Part shown: one piece after another, positions 58,834 through 64,000 of the stretch
How the letters are laid out: the number at the start of each line of letters is the position of its first letter
How positions within the stretch are numbered: the first letter of the stretch is position 1
Source: an uncultured bacterium
Lineage (GTDB): Bacteria > Planctomycetota > JAJSAM01 > JAJVHW01
DNA: 64,000 nt
Reading direction: 5' to 3'
Assembly (NCBI GenBank): GCA_937996235.1
Contig: CALKVK010000032.1
Location: 242,444 to 306,443, forward strand
Made by a program: the position numbers and the translations under genes
The notes under the pieces: generated by a model
The model's input: the letters and a program-made list of their open reading frames with translations, nothing else
The model's database searches: none
What the model was told of the DNA's origin: nothing

Positions 58834-59409
58834 TTGCCCGAGGACGAAGCGATGCGACTCCTGCGCGTGCTCGATCTCAAGAAGCTTGATCTCAGCAGGA
58901 TCGCCGAGCTCCCGTGGAGCTGGATCGTGCTGACCGCGATCGGCGTAGCGATCATCGGCTCGCTTGCTCAGTTCGTGGTGGACACGCGACGCAAGCTCCG
59001 GCTTCGAGCGGCGCACGAACAGCTCGACCTCATGCTCGACGCGCGGGGAGAGTTCGATCCCGGCGCGCGGCGCGCGGCGCACGCGAGCTTGGACCACAGG
59101 ACGCAAGCCGCACGAGAACTCGAGCTCGCGAGGCAGCGCGCTCGCGACTCTGGACCGATGCCGGAGCGCGACTTCTTCAAGGGCTCTCCAACGTCCGCCG
59201 TCCTCGCCGTCGGCGTCTGTCTTCCCGTGGGCGTCATCGCTGCTGCGTTCCGCTACACGCTGGGCGTCGCTCTCCTCGGCGTGGGAGCGTCCGAGAACGT
59301 TGCGTGGGGCATCGGAGGCGCGGTCGGTGTCGGCGTCGTGCTGCGCTGGCTCTTCATGGCCGAGCCGCCGCTCTTCGACCTTCGGGAGTCCATCCGACGC
59401 CGGCTGTGA
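58834..59409 (+). CDS. Hypothetical membrane protein (2-3 TM helices)
   Basis: 191 aa. TM helices SWIVLTAIGVAIIGSLAQFVV and VLAVGVCLPVGVIAAAF...GIGGAVGVGVVL. No recognisable catalytic motif. Confidence 0.4.
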   Translation: MPEDEAMRLLRVLDLKKLDLSRIAELPWSWIVLTAIGVAIIGSLAQFVVDTRRKLRLRAAHEQLDLMLDARGEFDPGARRAAHASLDHRTQAARELELARQRARDSGPMPERDFFKGSPTSAVLAVGVCLPVGVIAAAFRYTLGVALLGVGASENVAWGIGGAVGVGVVLRWLFMAEPPLFDLRESIRRRL

Positions 59410-59606
59410 TGGGACATGCAGCATCGCTGCAGCATGCGTTCCGCAGCGTACTTGGCGCGCGCCGTACCGACCCTGTGGGCGGTGATGGATCTGCGAGCGT
59501 CCGCGCTGGATGCCTCCTCCCAACGCGACCGCGGCTGCCGGTGGACTCGTCCGGCAACCAGCGGGCGGCTGCTGGCGATGCGCGGCCTGACACTCCGAGG
59601 TGACGG

Positions 59607-60515
59607 ATGACGCGAAACGCGGACGCTCCCGACTCTCCGGCACACGTCAGGATCGCCGCGATCGCTGCGATCGAGGATCTCGCAGCTCGCATGCAAAGCG
59701 ACTGCCACCGCGTCGCGCGAACGGAGCCCGGTCCCGCTGGCGTGACGCACGCGGAACTCGCTTCCCTGAGACACGGCGAGACCGTTGAGTACCGCTCGCA
59801 GTGCCGCGAGCCCGGAGAACGGGCATGGAGCGCGATCCACGCTGCGGTGTGTGGGACGTCCCACCTGGCAGAGCTCGTGTCGCGACTGGACGCGGTCGCC
59901 GAGACCGACGTGATGGAGTTGGCCCGGTTGCAGTCGGGCCGGCCCCTCGACGTGCCGTTCGGTCTCGAGTACGTCGTCCTAGTCGCGCTTGCCGCACTGC
60001 GGCGATCAGACCGAGATCAAGCGCGCCGAATGCTCCGCTCCATCCCACAGGGGCACTTCGAGCTCCCGCACGAAGGCCTGTTTCATGCGTCCCTCACCAT
60101 CCCGTCGCAGCCTATATACTGCGAGGACCGACCAGGGCTCTTCCAACTGGTGGCGATGGCGCTTGTCGCGGATGCGTTCCGTGAGCGCACGGCGGCGCAG
60201 GAGTTGGCGCGACTAGCGGTGCAGCGCCTGGCCGTCGCGGCCGCAACAACTCCGGCGTGGCTTACCGAGTACGTGGAGGCGCGACTCGAGGAGCAGCGAC
60301 CGAGTGGCGAGTTCGTGCGCGGCGTACCCGCTGCGGTGAATTGGATGGATACGCAGTTCGGGCGCGCGCCATCTGAGTCGACACTCCGACGCGAACTCCA
60401 GGTCGTGGTTGGAACGCGCACGGCGACGCAACGGAACACGACTCTGAAGATCCTGATCCGAGATCTGCACGTCATCGCGCGGAGGCTCGGCTACCAGGCG
60501 CGAGCGGCGCCGTGA
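59607..60515 (+). CDS. Hypothetical protein, no recognisable domain
   Basis: 302 aa ORF, co-directional with the preceding membrane protein. Composition is consistent with coding. Function unknown. Confidence 0.4.
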   Translation: MTRNADAPDSPAHVRIAAIAAIEDLAARMQSDCHRVARTEPGPAGVTHAELASLRHGETVEYRSQCREPGERAWSAIHAAVCGTSHLAELVSRLDAVAETDVMELARLQSGRPLDVPFGLEYVVLVALAALRRSDRDQARRMLRSIPQGHFELPHEGLFHASLTIPSQPIYCEDRPGLFQLVAMALVADAFRERTAAQELARLAVQRLAVAAATTPAWLTEYVEARLEEQRPSGEFVRGVPAAVNWMDTQFGRAPSESTLRRELQVVVGTRTATQRNTTLKILIRDLHVIARRLGYQARAAP

Positions 60516-60680
60516 CGGCGACCCTCGACGGCGTCCCGCAGCGCGGATCCGCCACGCGCGAGGGCGGAGCAGGATCGCGATTCGCCAAGATCCACCAAAG
60601 CGCCAGAGTCGCCTGAAGCGCAGTTCCCAGCCGTCACGGTGTGCGCCACGATGCGGCCCTCTTCAACACAGGGGGTTCCC

Positions 60681-60896
60681 ATGAGCCGCATCGAGCTTCT
60701 TTCCTCGCAAGACGTCGCCGACGAACTCGACGTCAGCGCGAGCACGGTCCGTCGCGCCGCAGCCGCGCTCGGAGTCGGCCGCACCGTCGCCGGGCGGCTG
60801 GTCTTCGACCCGGACGACGTGGCGGCGATCGCTGACGAGATCGAGGGCGATGACGACGGTCACGACGGCGACGACGCCGGCGACGAACTCGACTAG
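60681..60896 (+). CDS. AlpA/Xis-like HTH DNA-binding protein (excisionase/transcriptional regulator of mobile elements) with acidic tail
   Basis: MSRIELLSSQDVADELDVSASTVRRAAAALGVG is HTH_17/AlpA-like. GGGGGT RBS upstream. The track ORF begins at 60639. Confidence 0.6.
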   Translation: MSRIELLSSQDVADELDVSASTVRRAAAALGVGRTVAGRLVFDPDDVAAIADEIEGDDDGHDGDDAGDELD

Positions 60897-60953
60897 CCGA
60901 GGTCGCGGTGGCGCGCGCGGCCTGGACGCCGCGCGCGCTGCTGCGGACGCGCG

Positions 60954-63176
60954 ATGGAACCGCACGCCCACAACTCAAGTGTACACGCCGCGGCGACGCC
61001 ACGCGGCGCTGCGCCGCCCACCCCTCAGCCGAAGTATCCGGGGCCACGCGGCGTGGGCAGCCTCACCGCGGAGATCGTCGCCAACGGGCGCTCCCGTGAT
61101 GCGCTCGAGGAACTCCTCGGGCGGGAGCTGAAGCAGCCCGGAGAGAACACCGTCAGGTGTTGGCAACCGTCGCGTCACGCACACGGAGACCGAAGCCCGA
61201 GTGCGTCGGCCAACGTTGCGAAGGGCGTGCTCCACTGCCACAAGTGCCACGATACGACGGACATCGCGACGTTGATCATCGCGAACGGCCACGCCCGCGA
61301 CTTCCCCGGGGCGCGCGCCTTCGCGCTGCAGCGTGGGTGGCTGCCTAGTCGACCGAGCGGCGCCGCCCTTCTTCCTGCGCCGCACCACGGTGGAGCGAGC
61401 ATCGTCACGGGCGGCACGTCGGAGTTCCCCTACTACCCCGAGGCCGCGAAGCGCCTCGGTTGGGAGTGGAAGACGGACAAGAACGGTACGCGCTGCCTCT
61501 CGGTGCCCACCGTTCTGCCAGACGGCACGCCCGGCCGGCGCAAGCTCCGCGGCCCGCGCATCGAGGGGAAGGTGACAGCCTGGTTCGACGGCGAGCACGC
61601 CACGGGAATCGGTCTGATCGTCAACAGAGAGTTCACCGACGGCCAGAGCAGGGAGCACCGGCGCATCTACGTCGTCGCCGGAGAGACCGACCTCCTCGCG
61701 CTCGAACACTACGCATGCGCCTGGGGCCTCTCTGTGGCGATCGCATCGGGCGCGAAGGGCGAACGGTCCAGCCTCGAGGGCCTGGTCGAGTTGTTCCGCG
61801 GGGCTGAGGTCGTCGTCATCTACGACGCCGATGTCGATGGCCGAGCGGGCGCCGCAACGCTGCTCGCCGAACTGCGGGCCGCCGGCATCGTTGCCGCGTC
61901 ACTGGCACTGGAGTTCGCGGAGGACGAGATAGAGGACGGGAGGAAGGACCTCCGCGACTGGCTCGAGCTTCACTCGGGCGACGTGCGCAAGCTGGTGGCG
62001 CTGGCGGACGCTGCCACGGAGAGAGCCGCGCCGGGTCCGCGCGCCATCTCGGCCGAGGACCTGCTCGACGCCATTGACGCCGGGCGCTTCCCGCTGCCCG
62101 AGCCGCTCTTCACTCCGTACATCCTGCGCGGCGAGATCGTCGGGCTCGGAGGTCCGCCCGGCGCCGGCAAGAGCTTCCTTGCGCTCCGGATGGCCATCGT
62201 CGCTGCGCTCGGCCTTGGCGACGTGTTGATCAACTCCGACGACGATCGCCTCGCGTTCGCGCCGTCGAAGCCCCTGAGGGTGCTGTACATCGACGCCGAG
62301 GTCGGCCACGCCCTGTTCGGGAAGCGCCTACGGAACATCCTCGCGGACATCGGTGTGCAGCGCGGCGCTCTCGAGTCGCGGCTCCACACGCAGTTCCTCC
62401 TCGTCCACGCCTTCGACCTCGTCGAGCTCGGGCACCGCGAGTACGTGCTCGGCGAGATCGAACGGCTCGGACCGGACGTCGTCGTCTGGGACTCTGTCTC
62501 GTCGCTGTTGCCGACGCTGGACCACTCCTCTGGTCCCGCGGTAAGGGCAAGTGTCCGCGATCTCTTCTACGAGGCGCGGAAGCGCGTCGGTGGAGAGCTG
62601 ACGCAGCTTCTTCTCTTCCACGCCACGAAACGGGGCGACGCGCGCTCGCCGAAGTCCGCACAAGATCGCTTCTTCGGCACGCTGATCGGCTGGATGGCGT
62701 GCCTCGACGGTGCGCTGTTGCTCGACACGGGCATCGACCAGAGCGACGGCCGCGTCCACCTCCACCACGCGAAGGCGCGCAACTGCGCGATCCAGACCAC
62801 GGTAACCATGAGGGGGCCGGACGAGTACGGCCGGTTCGAGGTTCTCGATGAGCACGAGCGCGTCTCGAAGCGTCCAGTCAGGCAGGCGACGAGCGCGAGC
62901 GCGGTGACGGCGACGAAGGCGCACGAGGCGATCACGGCTGCGCTGGAGCATCGCAGTAGCGAGTGGGTCACGCTGGCCGAGGTTGTGCACGAGAGCAGCG
63001 TGTCCAGATCCTCGTGGGACCGCGCGCTCAGGGACGGCCTGCTCAGTGAACTGTCGGACCTCTTCGAGTCCGACACGCACGGAGCCCGCGGAGCGCGGCG
63101 GTTCCGGCTCAAGGCGGCACCCGCGCTTCACCAGCGTCAGCAACGTCATGACGCACGTCAGACGAGGCACAAGTGA
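60954..63176 (+). CDS. Primase-helicase fusion: CHC2 zinc-finger/Toprim primase N-terminus + RepA-like AAA_25 ATPase
   Basis: CHC2 finger (CWQPSRHAHGD...HCHKCHD). Toprim (YVVAGETDLLALEH...VVIYDADVDGRAG). Walker A GLGGPPGAGKSFLAL and Walker B VVVWDSVS. The true start is probably downstream of 60954 because the N-terminus is low-complexity. Confidence 0.7.
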   Translation: MEPHAHNSSVHAAATPRGAAPPTPQPKYPGPRGVGSLTAEIVANGRSRDALEELLGRELKQPGENTVRCWQPSRHAHGDRSPSASANVAKGVLHCHKCHDTTDIATLIIANGHARDFPGARAFALQRGWLPSRPSGAALLPAPHHGGASIVTGGTSEFPYYPEAAKRLGWEWKTDKNGTRCLSVPTVLPDGTPGRRKLRGPRIEGKVTAWFDGEHATGIGLIVNREFTDGQSREHRRIYVVAGETDLLALEHYACAWGLSVAIASGAKGERSSLEGLVELFRGAEVVVIYDADVDGRAGAATLLAELRAAGIVAASLALEFAEDEIEDGRKDLRDWLELHSGDVRKLVALADAATERAAPGPRAISAEDLLDAIDAGRFPLPEPLFTPYILRGEIVGLGGPPGAGKSFLALRMAIVAALGLGDVLINSDDDRLAFAPSKPLRVLYIDAEVGHALFGKRLRNILADIGVQRGALESRLHTQFLLVHAFDLVELGHREYVLGEIERLGPDVVVWDSVSSLLPTLDHSSGPAVRASVRDLFYEARKRVGGELTQLLLFHATKRGDARSPKSAQDRFFGTLIGWMACLDGALLLDTGIDQSDGRVHLHHAKARNCAIQTTVTMRGPDEYGRFEVLDEHERVSKRPVRQATSASAVTATKAHEAITAALEHRSSEWVTLAEVVHESSVSRSSWDRALRDGLLSELSDLFESDTHGARGARRFRLKAAPALHQRQQRHDARQTRHK

Positions 63177-63390
63177 TGGCGAGGCAGGTGCTTACGGCTG
63201 CAGTGTCAGCCGCGTCAGCGAGCGGTCGTGACGACGCTGCCGTAACTCCCTCTCTGGGCAACAGCTTGAGTTCCATCACCATCACTACCCCTACGGGGGA
63301 ACAGCGGTGACGCAGCTGTCCCCCTCGGGTAGCTCGCGCCGAACCGAGACGGACGCCGCGACGAGGCGTCGCCGGCAGGGGGCGCGGCCA

Positions 63391-64000
63391 TGACGCCGGG
63401 CCGGGTCCAGCTCGATGCGGAGATCATCGACCGGCTGCGCGCGCGCGGGTGGGGTGCCCGGCGCATCGCGAAGTACGTCGGCACCTCGCGCTCCACGATC
63501 CGGCGGTACCTCATCGGTCGGCGGACTCCGGAGGGGATTCCCAGCACCTCGACGGCGCCTCTTGGCCCGGTAGGTGGGCCACGTCCCCCGGCGGTGGCCC
63601 GGACCGGTCGGGAGCAGGCGAGGTTGGGCGCGGACCCCCGCGCCCGGCATGCGCAGAGCCTGACCAGGGCCTTCCAGGCCGGTCCGCCGGACCGGGATCG
63701 TCACGCGGCCGAATGCATGCGGTCCGCGTTCCTGGATGGCCGCCCCCACGCCACGGCGTGGGTCGCCGTCGACGACGCGCTCCGACAGCTCCGACGGGAG
63801 CGAGAGGACCGCCGTCGCGCGGCGGAGGTCGCCGCCTTCGACCTCCGCCGCCACTGGCGGGACGAGGTTGCGCTGCTCTCGGTACGCGCGGCGCAGCTGA
63901 GCGTTCGCGGCCGTGCGGATCTCCGGCGGGCGGCAGACGGGGAGGAGCGGCGCCTCGCCGAACTCCTCGCCCGCCGGCTGGCGGATGGGACCAGCTACGT
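63391..64000 (+). CDS. Hypothetical HTH-domain protein (3'-truncated by the window edge)
   Basis: ATG at 63391. Resolvase/transposase-type HTH (RARGWGARRIAKYVGTSRSTIRRYL). The ORF runs off the window; the antisense ORF 63291..63854 is judged spurious. Confidence 0.35.

Noticed and set aside
63291-63854. 187-aa minus-strand ORF at the window end
   Set aside because: It is antisense to a plus-strand ORF that starts with ATG at 63391 and carries a plausible HTH. The minus ORF has no features. Retained only as an alternative.

Overview
This is a high-GC (~70%) bacterial chromosomal window whose gene content and order (PilT/PilB/PilC/PilS-like genes, PrkA-YeaH-SpoVR) fit a Myxococcota-like genome. 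The first ~37.5 kb is core genome: the distal end of a type IV pilus cluster (pilT, a GspE/PilB ATPase, pilC, a PilS-like kinase), a TPR protein, RadC, an RND efflux pair, orphan cytochrome-oxidase III/IV-like subunits, an esterase, a metallophosphoesterase, YidC, NrdR with an NrdD-like/NrdG pair, SMC, a GHMP kinase plus HAD phosphatase, a GATase1 hydrolase, a HEAT-repeat protein, VanZ, the PrkA-YeaH-SpoVR operon and chorismate synthase. The core ends with tRNA-Thr(UGU) and tRNA-Tyr(GUA) at 37548..37781. Immediately 3' of tRNA-Tyr, GC content drops and the window becomes a mosaic accessory island of at least 26 kb that runs to the window edge. It contains gene scars, an IS21-family element nested inside an IS66 transposase remnant, and a two-gene operon (calcineurin-like metallophosphoesterase + HSP90-like GHKL ATPase) that I do not recognise as a described system. 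It also contains an intact IS1595-family element with an 8-bp target-site duplication, a large STAND/NLR-like NTPase with an N-terminal hydrophobic segment and ~13 near-identical 41-residue C-terminal repeats (including a perfect 246-bp tandem duplication), a complete type I R-M system (hsdM-hsdS-[PD-(D/E)xK-like insert]-hsdR), two hypothetical genes, an AlpA/Xis-like HTH, a primase-helicase fusion and a truncated HTH gene. The most interesting candidates for a previously undescribed defence system are the phosphoesterase + HSP90-like ATPase pair and the repeat-bearing STAND NTPase. Many long ORFs in the supplied track are alternate-frame or antisense artefacts of the high GC content.
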